Program-made: the position numbers and the translations under genes | Shown: one piece after another, positions 26,945 through 36,410 of the stretch | Layout: each line of letters starts with the position of its first letter | Numbering within the stretch: position 1 is the first letter of the stretch | Notes under the pieces: generated by a model | Told to the model about the DNA's origin: nothing | Seen by the model: the letters and a program-made list of their open reading frames with translations, nothing else | Database searches by the model: none | DNA from: Clostridia bacterium | Lineage (GTDB): Bacteria > Aerophobota > Aerophobia > Aerophobales > AE-B3A | Direction: 5' to 3' | DNA length: 38,136 nt | NCBI GenBank assembly: GCA_030640665.1 | Contig: DAOWIY010000003.1 | Span: 1 to 38,136, forward strand

Positions 26945-27229
26945 ATGGGACGTTCGATTAAGAAGGGCCCTTATGTTGAGCCATCTTTGTTGAAGAAAAT
27001 AGAGAGGATGGGAAGGGGAGGCGAGAAGAAACCCATTAAAACATGGTCCCGTAGATCTACGATTACTCCTGACTTTGTAGGTTATACCTTTGCTGTTCAT
27101 AACGGCAAGGATTTTCATCGTGTTTACATTTCTGAGGATATGGTAGGTCATAAATTAGGTGAATTTGCTCCTACACGCAAGTTCACGCATCATGGGGCCC
27201 ATTCAAAAAGAACTATATCACCAAAGTAA
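26945..27229 (+). CDS. rpsS: 30S ribosomal protein S19
   Basis: 94 aa with [11 protein letters not shown] and [13 protein letters not shown]. Confidence 0.96.
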   Translation: MGRSIKKGPYVEPSLLKKIERMGRGGEKKPIKTWSRRSTITPDFVGYTFAVHNGKDFHRVYISEDMVGHKLGEFAPTRKFTHHGAHSKRTISPK

Positions 27230-27299
27230 GTTCGTATCTAGTATCTCGTGAATCGTATCTCGACCACAGTATAAAAGAGAGATACGAACAACGAGATAC
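27230..27299. repeat. intergenic inverted heptamer-repeat cassette E6 (simple long hairpin)
   Basis: GTTCGTAT-CTAGTAT-CTCGTGA-ATCGTAT-CTCG, then a loop, then GAGAGATACGAACAACGAGATAC. It starts 1 nt after the rpsS TAA and ends at the SD of rplV. Confidence 0.8.
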
Positions 27300-27311
27300 A
27301 GGAGTTTATAG

Positions 27312-27641
27312 ATGGAAGTGAGGGCTGTGGCAAAATATGTACGGGTGTCTCCTTTAAAAGTAAAAAGAGTTACTGATCTTATTAAGGGCAAGCAAGTAGA
27401 AGAGGCGATAAAGATTTTAAATTTTACCCGCATTGGTAATGCCCGAAAGGTAAAAAAAGTTCTAAAGTCTGCTATGGCTAATGCTCAGAATAATTTTGGG
27501 TTAGCCTCCAATACTCTTTACGTAAAAAGAGCTTTTGTAGACAAAGGGTCTATTCTTAAAAGAATGAAACCTAGAGCAAGAGGTAGGGCTGATATGATAA
27601 GGCGAAGAACCTCACATATTACTGTAATTGTTGAGGGATAG
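27312..27641 (+). CDS. rplV: 50S ribosomal protein L22
   Basis: 109 aa with VRVSPLKVKRVTDLIKGK and PRARGRADMIRRRTSHITV. Confidence 0.96.
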   Translation: MEVRAVAKYVRVSPLKVKRVTDLIKGKQVEEAIKILNFTRIGNARKVKKVLKSAMANAQNNFGLASNTLYVKRAFVDKGSILKRMKPRARGRADMIRRRTSHITVIVEG

Positions 27642-27659
27642 GAAAAAGGAGATTAAGCA

Positions 27660-28337
27660 GTGGGACAAAAGGTTAATCCGTTAGGCTTAAGAATAGGAAT
27701 AATTAGAGGATGGTTAAGTAGGTGGTATGAGGAAAAGGATTATGCACAACGTCTTCATGAGGATCTTAAAATCCGCAGGTTTCTCAAAGAAAAATTTAAA
27801 AAAGCTAATATTTCAAAAATTTTGATAGAAAGAGCTGTTAATAAGGTGCGGATAAATATTTTTGCTGCTCGACCCGGCATCATTATTGGAAGAAAAGGGG
27901 AAACAGTTGAGAAAACCAAGGAAGGTTTGGAAAAATTAATAAGAGGTGGAAGTATTTTCCTGAATGTGCAGGAAATAACTCGACCAGAATTAGATGCTCA
28001 ATTAGTAGCAGAGAACATAGCTTTTCAGTTGGAGAGGAGAACATCGGCGAAAAGGGCTATGAGAGAGGCTATTTCACGGACAATGGAATTTAGTGCACAA
28101 GGGATTAGAATTGCTTGCAAAGGAAGGATTGCTGGAGCGGAAATCGCTAGAAAAGAGTGGATGAAAGAAGGAAGGATTCCTTTGCATACTTTGAGGGCAG
28201 ATATTGATTATGGAGTTGCTACCGCTCATACTACTTATGGATGTATTGGAATAAAGGTGTGGATATATAAGGGAGAAATTTTGCCTACTTTATCCGAGGA
28301 GAAATTTAAGAATGAGACTCCAGCCGAAGAGAGTTAA
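27660..28337 (+). CDS. rpsC: 30S ribosomal protein S3
   Basis: 225 aa with a GTG start, beginning [13 protein letters not shown], plus a KH domain. Confidence 0.96.
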   Translation: MGQKVNPLGLRIGIIRGWLSRWYEEKDYAQRLHEDLKIRRFLKEKFKKANISKILIERAVNKVRINIFAARPGIIIGRKGETVEKTKEGLEKLIRGGSIFLNVQEITRPELDAQLVAENIAFQLERRTSAKRAMREAISRTMEFSAQGIRIACKGRIAGAEIARKEWMKEGRIPLHTLRADIDYGVATAHTTYGCIGIKVWIYKGEILPTLSEEKFKNETPAEES

Positions 28338-28737
28338 ATATAGGAAGGTCCAGAGGGGTAGACTAAGGGGTAAAGCTTCCCGTGGAACAAAGTTAAACTT
28401 TGGAGAGTATGGTTTGATAGCTCAAGAAGCAAAGTGGCTAACCGCTCGCCAAATAGAAGCGACTAGAATTACCATAGTTCGTTCTGTAGGACATGAGGGA
28501 CGTCTTTGGATCAGGGTTTTTCCTGATAAGATAGTTACCAAGAAACCTTTAGAGACCCGTATGGGAAAGGGTAAGGGAGAACCTGATTTTTGGGTAGCAC
28601 CAATTAAACCTGGAAGAGTTTTATTTGAGCTTGGAGGAGTAGAGAAAAGGAGAGCTAAGGCGGCCTTTCGCTTAGCCTCTTATAAACTTCCTTTTAAAAC
28701 CAAGATTATTTCCTCTTACCATGAGGATAAATTATGA
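28312..28737 (+). CDS. rplP: 50S ribosomal protein L16
   Basis: 141 aa with [12 protein letters not shown] and [14 protein letters not shown]. It overlaps rpsC by 26 nt. Confidence 0.95.
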   Translation: MRLQPKRVKYRKVQRGRLRGKASRGTKLNFGEYGLIAQEAKWLTARQIEATRITIVRSVGHEGRLWIRVFPDKIVTKKPLETRMGKGKGEPDFWVAPIKPGRVLFELGGVEKRRAKAAFRLASYKLPFKTKIISSYHEDKL

Positions 28738-28943
28738 AAGTGGAAGAATTAAGGGATTTGTCGAAGGAGGATCTTTATGAACGTCTTAAGGATGTTCAAA
28801 GAGAGTTGTTTGACTTGAAGATAGAGGCGGCTCAGGGAAAAGCGACAAACCCTTCCAAGATTAGAGAGATAAAAAAGACTATATCTAGAATAAAGACTTT
28901 ACTTCGAGAAAAAGAGATAAAATTAGGCAGGAGAAAAGCTTGA
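28734..28943 (+). CDS. rpmC: 50S ribosomal protein L29
   Basis: 69 aa with [25 protein letters not shown]. Confidence 0.93.
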   Translation: MKVEELRDLSKEDLYERLKDVQRELFDLKIEAAQGKATNPSKIREIKKTISRIKTLLREKEIKLGRRKA

Positions 28944-29212
28944 ATGATAATAGAATAAAGCGAAAAAAGGAAAGAGCGGGCGAAGTAATAAGTGACAGAA
29001 TGGATAAGACAGCCGTAGTGCTTATTAAACGTGAATTTATTCATTCCTTATATGGGAAAAAGGTAAGAAAAAAGAAAAAAATAAAGGTTCATGACCCTGA
29101 GAATAAATGTCGAAAAGGTGATATAGTAAGGGTAGTAGAAACTAGACCTTTGAGCAAAGAAAAGTGCTGGCGGATAGCTGAGATTTTAGCAAGAAGAGAA
29201 GGAGTAAAGTGA
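28940..29212 (+). CDS. rpsQ: 30S ribosomal protein S17
   Basis: 90 aa with a TTG start overlapping the rpmC TGA. Contains [16 protein letters not shown] and [15 protein letters not shown]. Confidence 0.93.
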   Translation: MNDNRIKRKKERAGEVISDRMDKTAVVLIKREFIHSLYGKKVRKKKKIKVHDPENKCRKGDIVRVVETRPLSKEKCWRIAEILARREGVK

Positions 29213-29577
29213 TTCAACCTCAAACTCAACTTGTGGTTGCCGATAATACTGGAGCGAAGAGATTAATGTGTATAAGAGTACTAGGGGGATCATCGCGTCG
29301 TTATGCTCGAATAGGGGATATAATAGTGGCGTCGGTGAAGAGGACTGTTCCTAATAGTGAAATAAAAAAAGGCGAGGTAGTGAAGGCAGTAGTTGTTAGG
29401 ACAAAAAAAGAAATACGTAGGCAAGATGGTTCGTATGTAAGATTTGACGAGAATGCAGCAGTATTAATTGACGCAACTGGGAACCCAAGAGGAACAAGAA
29501 TTTTTGGTCCTGTAACCCGGGAACTTAGAGAAAAGAATTTTATGAAGATTATTTCCTTAGCACCTGAGGTACTTTAA
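29209..29577 (+). CDS. rplN: 50S ribosomal protein L14
   Basis: 122 aa with a GTG start, beginning [17 protein letters not shown], ending APEVL. Confidence 0.96.
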   Translation: MIQPQTQLVVADNTGAKRLMCIRVLGGSSRRYARIGDIIVASVKRTVPNSEIKKGEVVKAVVVRTKKEIRRQDGSYVRFDENAAVLIDATGNPRGTRIFGPVTRELREKNFMKIISLAPEVL

Positions 29578-29667
29578 AATTCGTTGCTAGTCGCTCGTTG
29601 CTTGTATCTCGCACCAAAAAAGAGGACAGGCTATTTTTATTTTATACGAACAACGAGCAACGAAAAT
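29578..29667. repeat. intergenic inverted heptamer-repeat cassette E7
   Basis: The 5' arm is AATTCGTTG-CTAGTCG-CTCGTTG-CTTGTAT-CTCG. The 3' arm ATACGAACAACGAGCAACGAAAAT lies at 29644-29667. Confidence 0.8.
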
Positions 29668-29679
29668 AGGGGTGAAGTA

Positions 29680-30006
29680 GTGTCTAAGATAAAAGTGAAT
29701 GATGAAATAGTGGTTATTTCTGGTAAAAATAGAGGAAAGCAGGGTAAGGTGATTCAAAAAATCCCCAAAGAAGATAGATTAGTTGTGGGGGGAGTTAATA
29801 TTACTAAAAGGCATATTCGGCCTACTCGAAAAGGACAGCAAAGTGGAATAGTAGAAAGGGAAGCTCCCATCCACAGTAGTAATGTGATGTTAGTGTGTCC
29901 ACGCTGTGGAAAAAAAACAAGGATAGGAATGACCATATCGAAGCAATCATTGACTGAAGAGAAAAAACTAAGGTTTTGTAAAAAGTGTGGAGAAACGATT
30001 GATTAG
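29680..30006 (+). CDS. rplX: 50S ribosomal protein L24 (zinc-ribbon form)
   Basis: GTG 29680 after AGGGGTGA gives [24 protein letters not shown]. The ORF-track start 29584 reads through cassette E7 and is an artefact. The C-terminus has CPRCG...CKKCG. Confidence 0.93.
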   Translation: MSKIKVNDEIVVISGKNRGKQGKVIQKIPKEDRLVVGGVNITKRHIRPTRKGQQSGIVEREAPIHSSNVMLVCPRCGKKTRIGMTISKQSLTEEKKLRFCKKCGETID

Positions 30007-30020
30007 AAAAGGATAGGACG

Positions 30021-30569
30021 GTGGCTAGACTTAAAGAAATCTACAAGAAAGAGATCATTCCGTTGATGATTAAGAAATTTGGCTACAAGAATCTTATGGG
30101 GGTTCCTAAGATTGAGAAAGTTTGTCTTAATATAGGGGCAGGTAGCGCTAAAAAGGATACTAAATTACTGGACGCAGCTAAGAGGAGTCTTGCTTTGATT
30201 AGCGGGCAGCAACCTATAATTACCAAGGCTAAAAAGTCTATTGCTGGTTTTACTTTGAGAAAAGGTACTTCTATAGGTTGCAAAGTTACCCTCAGAGGGG
30301 AAAGGATGTATGAGTTTTTAGATAGGTTATTTAATTTGGCTATGCCCAGAATTAGAGATTTTCAGGGTATTTCTTTAAACCAATTTGACGGCAGAGGTAA
30401 TTTTACTCTAGGTTTGCGAGAACAATTGATGTTTCCAGAAGTTTCTTATGAAGGAGAAAACACCCAGGGTTTATCCATAACTATAGTAACCACAGCTAAA
30501 AAAGATGAGGAAGCTAAGGAACTACTTGCTTCTCTGGGGATGCCTTTTAAAACAGTTCATAGTTCGTAG
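30021..30569 (+). CDS. rplE: 50S ribosomal protein L5
   Basis: 182 aa with a GTG start, beginning [14 protein letters not shown]. The last 5 codons (TVHSS) and the stop lie inside cassette E8. Confidence 0.95.
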   Translation: MARLKEIYKKEIIPLMIKKFGYKNLMGVPKIEKVCLNIGAGSAKKDTKLLDAAKRSLALISGQQPIITKAKKSIAGFTLRKGTSIGCKVTLRGERMYEFLDRLFNLAMPRIRDFQGISLNQFDGRGNFTLGLREQLMFPEVSYEGENTQGLSITIVTTAKKDEEAKELLASLGMPFKTVHSS

Positions 30570-30620
30570 TTCAACAGTGACGAATGTTACTATTGATTTA
30601 GTCAATGAACTATGAACTAC
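30553..30620. repeat. inverted heptamer-repeat cassette E8 (GTTCRTA flavour) overlapping the rplE 3' end
   Basis: CAGTTCATAGTTCGTAGTTCAAC at 30553-30575 pairs with GTCAATGAACTATGAACTAC at 30601-20. Confidence 0.8.
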
Positions 30621-30670
30621 CAGCGAGCTCGTAAGAGCGAGCGTATAATGAACACAAAAAGGGAGAGGAA

Positions 30671-30856
30671 ATGGCAAAAAAAGCTTTGATAGAAAAAGCT
30701 AAAAGGAGATCAAAGTTTAAAGTTCGCGCCTATAATAGATGTCAAATTTGTGGGCGACCTAGAGGTTATATCAGAAAATTTGGTCTATGCAGGATTTGTT
30801 TTCGTTATCTAGCCCATGACGGTGTTATCCCTGGAGTTAAAAAAGCCAGCTGGTAG
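30671..30856 (+). CDS. rpsN: 30S ribosomal protein S14, short type Z (zinc-binding)
   Basis: 61 aa with [22 protein letters not shown]. Confidence 0.95.
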   Translation: MAKKALIEKAKRRSKFKVRAYNRCQICGRPRGYIRKFGLCRICFRYLAHDGVIPGVKKASW

Positions 30857-31267
30857 ATGGAGGATGTAATGTTTACCGACCCCATTGCTGATTTATTAAC
30901 CAGAATCAGAAATGCTAATATGCTTTCCAAAGCTAAAGTTGAACTTTCGAGTTCTAATATAAAGGAAAAGGTAGTATCAGTTTTAAAAAGAGAGGGTTTC
31001 ATAAAAGGATATAGAGTTGTAGTGCAGGGGAAAAAGAGGATCCTTCAGATATACTTAAGATATTCCGAAGATGGAAAAGGTCTAATTACTCATTTGGAGC
31101 GAGTTAGCAAACCTGGTAGACGAAGATTTGCCAAGGAGAGGGAAGTACCTAGAGCGGTAAGGGAAAGGTTAGGGATTTGTATTCTTTCTACCTCTAAAGG
31201 AATCCTTACCGCTGAGGAAGCGCACAAGTTAGGAGTAGGAGGAGAAATTCTTTGCTATGTATGGTAA
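30857..31267 (+). CDS. rpsH: 30S ribosomal protein S8
   Basis: Contains TDPIADLLTRIRNA and the C-terminal CYVW. The start is ATG 30857 or ATG 30869 (GGAGGA lies 4 nt upstream of the latter). Confidence 0.95.
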   Translation: MEDVMFTDPIADLLTRIRNANMLSKAKVELSSSNIKEKVVSVLKREGFIKGYRVVVQGKKRILQIYLRYSEDGKGLITHLERVSKPGRRRFAKEREVPRAVRERLGICILSTSKGILTAEEAHKLGVGGEILCYVW

Positions 31268-31413
31268 ATTCGTTGTTCGTTGTTCGTATCTCGTAAGGAA
31301 AGAAAAAAACGATTGAAAAGATTAAAGATTTTAGAGATTTGGAGACCTGAAAGAAGGATATTGTGTTTTGTGTAACGTATCTTGAGCGAGATACGAGCGA
31401 CGAGATACGAATT
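31268..31413. repeat. intergenic inverted heptamer-repeat cassette E9
   Basis: The 5' arm is ATTCGTTG-TTCGTTG-TTCGTAT-CTCGTAA directly after the rpsH TAA. The 3' arm is GAGCGAG-ATACGAG-CGACGAG-ATACGAATT at 31384-31413. The interior has GATT recurring four times at 7-10 nt intervals. Confidence 0.8.
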
Positions 31414-31429
31414 TAAGAGGGAGTTTGTT

Positions 31430-31978
31430 ATGTCCAGGGTAGGTGAAAAACCTGTTTTCATTCCAGAAGGAGTAGAGGTAGAAATAAACAAGAATAAAAT
31501 TAAGATAAGGGGTCTCCATGGAGAGTTAGAAAGGAAGATGCCTTCTGTTCTTGAAGTAGTTCTTGAAGAGAAGCAAATTTTAGTCAAGAGATTCAAGGAG
31601 GATAAACAAACTAGATCTCTTCATGGAACTTTGCGCAGTCTCATTTTTAATATGGTAAAGGGGGTTTCGGAGGGCTTTGAAAAGACCTTGGAGATCGTAG
31701 GAAGAGGCTATAAAGCTAGCTTAGAGGGCAAAACCCTATCTTTGAGCTTGGGATATTCTCATCTTATTAAATATACTTCTTCCGAGAGTGTAGGAGTCGA
31801 GGTAACCACTCCTAACACCATCAGGATTTTTGGTCCTGATAAACAAAAGGTGGGAGAGGTAGCTGCAGAAATTAGAGCTTTCAAAAAGCCTGAACCATAT
31901 AAGGGGAAGGGAATTAGATATAAAGGAGAGGTTATAAGGCGTAAAGTAGGTAAAGCTGCTTTAGGGGTTGAGGGATAG
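31430..31978 (+). CDS. rplF: 50S ribosomal protein L6
   Basis: ATG 31430 after AAGAGGGAG gives MSRVGEKPVFIPEGVEV. The ORF-track start 31382 reads through the E9 arm. Confidence 0.95.
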   Translation: MSRVGEKPVFIPEGVEVEINKNKIKIRGLHGELERKMPSVLEVVLEEKQILVKRFKEDKQTRSLHGTLRSLIFNMVKGVSEGFEKTLEIVGRGYKASLEGKTLSLSLGYSHLIKYTSSESVGVEVTTPNTIRIFGPDKQKVGEVAAEIRAFKKPEPYKGKGIRYKGEVIRRKVGKAALGVEG

Positions 31979-31992
31979 CAAGAGGAACGAAA

Positions 31993-32361
31993 ATGGGAGG
32001 ATATGCAGAAGACAAGTATCTAAAGGCTCAAAGAAGAAAGAAAAGAGTGAGGAAAAAGATCTTTGGCACACAGACGCGGCCAAGACTTTCAGTTTATAAA
32101 AGCAATAGGTATCTCTATGCTCAATTAATAAATGATGAAGAAGGGAAAACATTGGTTTTTGTTTCTTTTAGAGGAAACAAAAATGAAAAGCAATACTGTG
32201 TAAAGAATTTAGATATAGCTAGAAAATTAGGGAGGGATTTGGGAAGGCAGGCGAAAAACAAAGGGATAAAGCAGGTAGTTCTTGATAGAGGTTCTTATCC
32301 TTATCATGGACGAATAAAAGCTTTGACAGAGGGAACACGAGAAGAGGGAATAAAGGTTTAA
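31993..32361 (+). CDS. rplR: 50S ribosomal protein L18
   Basis: 122 aa with RRKKRVRKKIFGTQTRPRLSVYKSNRYLYAQLI. Confidence 0.95.
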   Translation: MGGYAEDKYLKAQRRKKRVRKKIFGTQTRPRLSVYKSNRYLYAQLINDEEGKTLVFVSFRGNKNEKQYCVKNLDIARKLGRDLGRQAKNKGIKQVVLDRGSYPYHGRIKALTEGTREEGIKV

Positions 32362-32371
32362 GGAAATACAA

Positions 32372-32881
32372 ATGGTACGGGAAGTAGAAAAGAAAGATAA
32401 TAAGGTAAAGAAAAAAAGCGGTAAACTTGAAGAAAGGTTAATAAGAGTGAGACGGGTTTTTACTGTAGTCAGAGGTGGTCGAACTATAGGTTTTAACGCT
32501 TTAATGGTGGTAGGTGACCGGGCCGGACGGGTAGGTTTGGGGTTAGGAAAGGCCAAGGAGTTGGTCGAAGCTATAAAAAAGGGGAGAAAAGAGGCAGAGA
32601 AGAGCATAATTCATGTTTCTCTTAAGGATAACACTATTCCTCATGAGGTGAAGGGAAAGTATGAGGCGTCACAAGTTCTCCTTAGACCAGCCTCTCCTGG
32701 AACAGGAGTAGTTGCTGGAGAGGCAGTGAGGGCAGTGGTAGAACTGGCAGGGATAAAGGATATTTTAAGTAAGTCTTTAGGGAGTAATAATCGCCTCAAC
32801 GTAACTAAGGCTACATTGGAAGGTCTACGAAAGTTAAGAGATCCTCAGAAGGCTCTTCAGTTACGAAAAGGGAGAAATTAA
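32372..32881 (+). CDS. rpsE: 30S ribosomal protein S5
   Basis: 169 aa with [25 protein letters not shown]. Confidence 0.96.
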   Translation: MVREVEKKDNKVKKKSGKLEERLIRVRRVFTVVRGGRTIGFNALMVVGDRAGRVGLGLGKAKELVEAIKKGRKEAEKSIIHVSLKDNTIPHEVKGKYEASQVLLRPASPGTGVVAGEAVRAVVELAGIKDILSKSLGSNNRLNVTKATLEGLRKLRDPQKALQLRKGRN

Positions 32882-33312
32882 TGGATTTGTCAATATTAAA
32901 ACCTCCTCCAGGTACCATCCATAGAAGGAAAAGGGTAGGGAGAGGTCCTGGTTCAGGGCATGGAAAGACTTCTACGCGAGGGCATAAGGGCCAAAAAGCT
33001 CATTCTAAAGTTGCTCTGTGGTTTGAGGGAGGACAGATGCCCCTTACGCGGCGAGTTCCCAAAAGAGGTTTTACCCATCTATCTAAACAAAAAAACCAAA
33101 CGGTCAATGTTGAGGACTTAAATGTGTTCAAGGAGGGGGATGTGGTTACTCCCGAGACTTTAAAAGAGGAAGGTTTAGTGAAGAGAAAAGGAAGGATTAA
33201 GATCTTGGGTCGAGGGAAACTTAGCGTGCCTTTGAGGATGAGGGCTCACGGGTTCTCCAGGGAGGCTCAAAGAAAGATAGAAGAGGCAGGAGGGAAAATA
33301 GAGTTGATATGA
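32881..33312 (+). CDS. rplO: 50S ribosomal protein L15
   Basis: 143 aa with [24 protein letters not shown]. It follows rpsE directly, with no L30 gene between them. Confidence 0.95.
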   Translation: MDLSILKPPPGTIHRRKRVGRGPGSGHGKTSTRGHKGQKAHSKVALWFEGGQMPLTRRVPKRGFTHLSKQKNQTVNVEDLNVFKEGDVVTPETLKEEGLVKRKGRIKILGRGKLSVPLRMRAHGFSREAQRKIEEAGGKIELI

Positions 33313-34610
33313 TACTAGAGAAGTTTCAAAATATCTTTAAAATTCCGGAGCTTCGAGGAAGAATCCTTTTTACTTTAGCTATATTTGTGATTTTTAGGTT
33401 GGGTTGTTTTGTTCCTATTCCAGGGGTGGATGCGAGTGCTCTTGCTCGCAGTCCTATCTTTCAGACGGGAGCATTTGGATTAATGAATGTCTTTGCCGGC
33501 GGGGCACTGCAGCGGATGTCTATTTTTGCTTTGGGAATAATGCCCTATATTAGTGCTTCCATTATTATGCAGCTCTTAACTATAGCTATTCCTCAACTTG
33601 AGCAATTAAGCAAGCAGGGGGAAGAGGGAAGGCAAAAAATCACTCAGATTGCCAGGTATGCTACTTTGCCTATCGGTGCTATCCAGGGAGTGGCATTGAC
33701 TTATTGGGTTCAAAATATGCAAGGAGGTGCTTTTGTAACTACGCAGGGGATAGGTTTTATACTCCCCGCTGTGGTAACCTTGGTTACGGGGACTATATTC
33801 ATAATGTGGTTAGGAGAGAAAATCACGGAAAGAGGAATAGGTAATGGTATCTCCTTAATAATTTTTGCCGGAATTGTAGCTCAGCTGCGTCCAGCCGCAG
33901 GAAATATCGGTAAATTGCTGAGTGTTGGAGAAATAACTCCTTTTCATCTATTTCTTTTCGCTGTAATTGCTGCTTTCACAATTACAGCAGTGGTAGTTAT
34001 TTATGAAGCAGAAAGAAGAATTCCCATTCGTTATGCTCGAAGAATAGTAGGGAGAAAGGTCTATGGAGGCCAGACCACTTATCTTCCTATCCGTATAGGG
34101 GGAGTAGGAGTGATTGCTATAATTTTTGCCATGTCTATTTTATTACTACCTACTACCCTGGCTAGATTTACTCCTGAGGGGAATTTTCTTTTTCCTATTA
34201 TGGAACGGATTACTCTTTGGCTCAGTCCAGGAGCCTTACTCTATTATTCTTTATTTGCTTTAGCCGTGATTTTTTTCACTTTCTTTTATACCGCAGTTGT
34301 TTTCAATCCTGTGGAGGTAGCGGATAATATGCGCAGATATGGAGGGTTCATTCCGGGACTTCGCCCAGGAAGGCCAACGGCTGAATATATCACGGCTATT
34401 CTTACTCGGGTTACTTTTGTAGGTGCTCTGTTCTTTGCTTTCATTGCTGTACTTCCTATGATAATCAACAGGCAATTAATGCATCAAAGTTTTCCTCTGG
34501 GAGGAACTTCTATCCTTATTGCCGTGGGGGTTGCTTTAGACACTGTGCAGCAGTTGGAATCTCATCTTTTAATGCGGCATTATAAGGGGTTTATGCGAGC
34601 AGGGAGATAG
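33309..34610 (+). CDS. secY: preprotein translocase subunit SecY
   Basis: 433 aa polytopic membrane protein with [28 protein letters not shown] and [18 protein letters not shown]. Confidence 0.96.
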   Translation: MILEKFQNIFKIPELRGRILFTLAIFVIFRLGCFVPIPGVDASALARSPIFQTGAFGLMNVFAGGALQRMSIFALGIMPYISASIIMQLLTIAIPQLEQLSKQGEEGRQKITQIARYATLPIGAIQGVALTYWVQNMQGGAFVTTQGIGFILPAVVTLVTGTIFIMWLGEKITERGIGNGISLIIFAGIVAQLRPAAGNIGKLLSVGEITPFHLFLFAVIAAFTITAVVVIYEAERRIPIRYARRIVGRKVYGGQTTYLPIRIGGVGVIAIIFAMSILLLPTTLARFTPEGNFLFPIMERITLWLSPGALLYYSLFALAVIFFTFFYTAVVFNPVEVADNMRRYGGFIPGLRPGRPTAEYITAILTRVTFVGALFFAFIAVLPMIINRQLMHQSFPLGGTSILIAVGVALDTVQQLESHLLMRHYKGFMRAGR

Positions 34611-34612
34611 TG

Positions 34613-35260
34613 ATGTATATGGTCTTATTAGGTCCTCCTGGCGCCGGCAAAGGAACCCAGGGGGAAAAGTTAAAAGATAAGCTAGGTTTGATTCATATAG
34701 CCATGGGGAATTTATTAAGAGAAACAGTAAAGAAAAAAACTCCTTCAGGTGAAAAGGTTAGAGCTTTTATGGAAGAAGGAAAACTGGTTCCTGATGGCGT
34801 TATTTTAGAACTTTTAAAAAATGAAATAGAGCTTGAGAAGGAAGGGTTTATTTTAGACGGTTTTCCTCGCAATTTATCTCAGGCGAGGAAGCTAGATGAA
34901 TTTTTAGATAAGGAAGCTGAAAAGCTCGATTTGGTAATTAACCTGGAGGTAAAAAAGGCCGTTTTGATCAAACGCCTGAGGGGCCGGCTGATTTGTTCTG
35001 AGTGTGGCAAGGTATACCATAAGAGTAAGATTGATCATTCAATGGAGATTTGTAAGGATTGTGGGGCTTCTCTTCTCCAAAGAAATGATGATAACTCAGA
35101 TATAATTAAGAAAAGAATAGAAGTTTATCTAGAACATACTCATCCGTTGATTGATTACTATAGAAAAAAGAAAATTTTACGTAATGTTCAAGGAGAGGGG
35201 ACTTCCGAAAAGGTTTTTCAGAGGATAATGGATTTATTTAAGGAGAAAAAAATTGCCTAA
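34613..35260 (+). CDS. adk: adenylate kinase (zinc-lid form)
   Basis: Begins [16 protein letters not shown], with lid CSECGKVYH...CKDCG. The ORF-track GTG 34610 is also possible. Confidence 0.93.
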   Translation: MYMVLLGPPGAGKGTQGEKLKDKLGLIHIAMGNLLRETVKKKTPSGEKVRAFMEEGKLVPDGVILELLKNEIELEKEGFILDGFPRNLSQARKLDEFLDKEAEKLDLVINLEVKKAVLIKRLRGRLICSECGKVYHKSKIDHSMEICKDCGASLLQRNDDNSDIIKKRIEVYLEHTHPLIDYYRKKKILRNVQGEGTSEKVFQRIMDLFKEKKIA

Positions 35261-35480
35261 GGAGGAGTCGATCAAAACTTCAGGGATTGTATTGGAAACA
35301 CTGCCTAATGCTACTTTTAAAATAGAATTGGCTAATGGTCATAGAGTTTTAGCTCATGTATGTGGGAAGATGAGGATGAGGTTTATTAGAATACTCCCTG
35401 GTGATAGGGTTAGTGTGGAGATATCTCCCTATGATTTATCCCGAGGAAGGATTGTATATAGAGAAGGAAAAGGTAAATGA
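35253..35480 (+). CDS. infA: translation initiation factor IF-1
   Basis: 75 aa with a TTG start. Contains [54 protein letters not shown]. Confidence 0.95.
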   Translation: MPKEESIKTSGIVLETLPNATFKIELANGHRVLAHVCGKMRMRFIRILPGDRVSVEISPYDLSRGRIVYREGKGK

Positions 35481-35590
35481 AAGTTAGATCTTCAGTAAGA
35501 AAGATGTGTAAGAGATGTAAGATAGTTAAAAGAAAAGGTGTAGTGCGAGTTATTTGTAAGAATCCAAAACATAAACAGCGTCAAGGGTAA
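35477..35590 (+). CDS. rpmJ: 50S ribosomal protein L36 (zinc-binding form)
   Basis: 37 aa, read manually: [37 protein letters not shown]. It overlaps the infA stop as ATGA. Confidence 0.93.
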   Translation: MKVRSSVRKMCKRCKIVKRKGVVRVICKNPKHKQRQG

Positions 35591-35602
35591 GGGGAGGAGA
35601 AA

Positions 35603-35986
35603 ATGGCCCGAGTTGCCGGAGTAGAACTTCCAGCGAATAAAAGGATAGAGGTAGGATTGACTTCTATATATGGGATTGGATCCTCTCTAGCGAGGGAAAT
35701 TCTCTTAAAAGCCAGGGTTAACCTGAATACTCGAGGGAAAGATCTAGTTGAAGAGGAGGTAAATAGACTACGCAAGATTATTGAAAATGATTATAAAATA
35801 GAGGGGGAGCTTAGAAGAGAGCTTAATTTAAATATAACTAGATTGATACGTATTGGATGTTATAGGGGAATTCGTCATAAAAAGGGTCTTCCCACCAGAG
35901 GACAGAGAACAAAATCTAATGCCAGGACACGCAAAGGTCCACGGCGAACATTAGGAAAAGGGAAAAAGAGAGCGAAAGCGAAATAG
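35603..35986 (+). CDS. rpsM: 30S ribosomal protein S13
   Basis: 127 aa beginning [26 protein letters not shown]. Confidence 0.96.
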   Translation: MARVAGVELPANKRIEVGLTSIYGIGSSLAREILLKARVNLNTRGKDLVEEEVNRLRKIIENDYKIEGELRRELNLNITRLIRIGCYRGIRHKKGLPTRGQRTKSNARTRKGPRRTLGKGKKRAKAK

Positions 35987-35995
35987 GAGATAAAA

Positions 35996-36394
35996 ATGCC
36001 TCAGAAAAAAAGGAAAGTGGTAAAGAAAAAAAAGAAGACAATAAAAGTGGAAGAAGGAATAGCCTATATCCATTCCACTTTTAACAATACTATTATTACT
36101 ATAACCGATCTTAAAGGAGATGTCCTTTGCTGGTGTTCTTCAGGGCAGGTAGGTTTTAAGGGAACTAAAAAAGGAACTCCTTTTGCGGCTCAGAAGACAG
36201 CGGGAGAGGTAGCAAGGAAAGCCAAAGGAGGATTTCAATTAGCAAGAGTGAAAGTGGTGGTAAAAGGACCGGGTGGGGGGAGAGAAACCGCTATTAGAAC
36301 CTTACAGGCAGAGGGTTTAAAGGTCATTTCTATTAAAGAAGGAACTCCCATTCCTCATAATGGGTGTCGTCCCCCAAAGAAGAGAAAAGTATAA
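35996..36394 (+). CDS. rpsK: 30S ribosomal protein S11
   Basis: 132 aa with [16 protein letters not shown] and [13 protein letters not shown]. Confidence 0.96.
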   Translation: MPQKKRKVVKKKKKTIKVEEGIAYIHSTFNNTIITITDLKGDVLCWCSSGQVGFKGTKKGTPFAAQKTAGEVARKAKGGFQLARVKVVVKGPGGGRETAIRTLQAEGLKVISIKEGTPIPHNGCRPPKKRKV

Positions 36395-36410
36395 ATAAAG
36401 GAGGATTTGT

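Noticed and set aside
29584-29679. N-terminal extensions of rplX (ORF track 29584) and rplF (31382)
   Set aside because: The extra codons read straight through cassette arms and match nothing in L24 or L6. Canonical N-termini with SDs start at GTG 29680 and ATG 31430.
29896-29988. Zinc-ribbon CxxC...CxxC in L24, and Cys-containing S14 (type Z), L36, L33, S4 and the Adk lid, as novel features
   Set aside because: These are the well-known zinc-binding (C+) isoforms of these proteins; for example, Thermus L24 has the same CPxCG...CxxCG. They are consistent with the lineage but not novel.
30621-30649. Internal promoter in the rplE-rpsN spacer (TATAAT at 30644-30649)
   Set aside because: There is a perfect -10 hexamer but no recognisable -35 at 16-18 nt and no extended -10 TG. 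In AT-rich DNA this is expected by chance, so I left it uncalled.
4389-31413. CRISPR array interpretation of the repeated intergenic sequences
   Set aside because: The units are 7-nt tandem repeats arranged as inverted arms. They are not 24-48 nt direct repeats separated by unique, similar-length spacers, and they are dispersed between genes.
31265-31415. TA target-site duplication flanking AATTCG...CGAATT termini (IS630/mariner-like MITE signature)
   Set aside because: Only E9 shows TA on both sides. At other copies the 5' TA is simply part of the TAA stop codon, and the 3' flank does not match. The evidence is too ambiguous to claim.
32881-35253. Missing rpmD (L30) between rpsE and rplO, and missing map between adk and infA
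   Set aside because: Both genes are known to be absent from, or located elsewhere in, many bacterial lineages. The flanking genes abut cleanly, with no remnant, so this is ordinary synteny variation.
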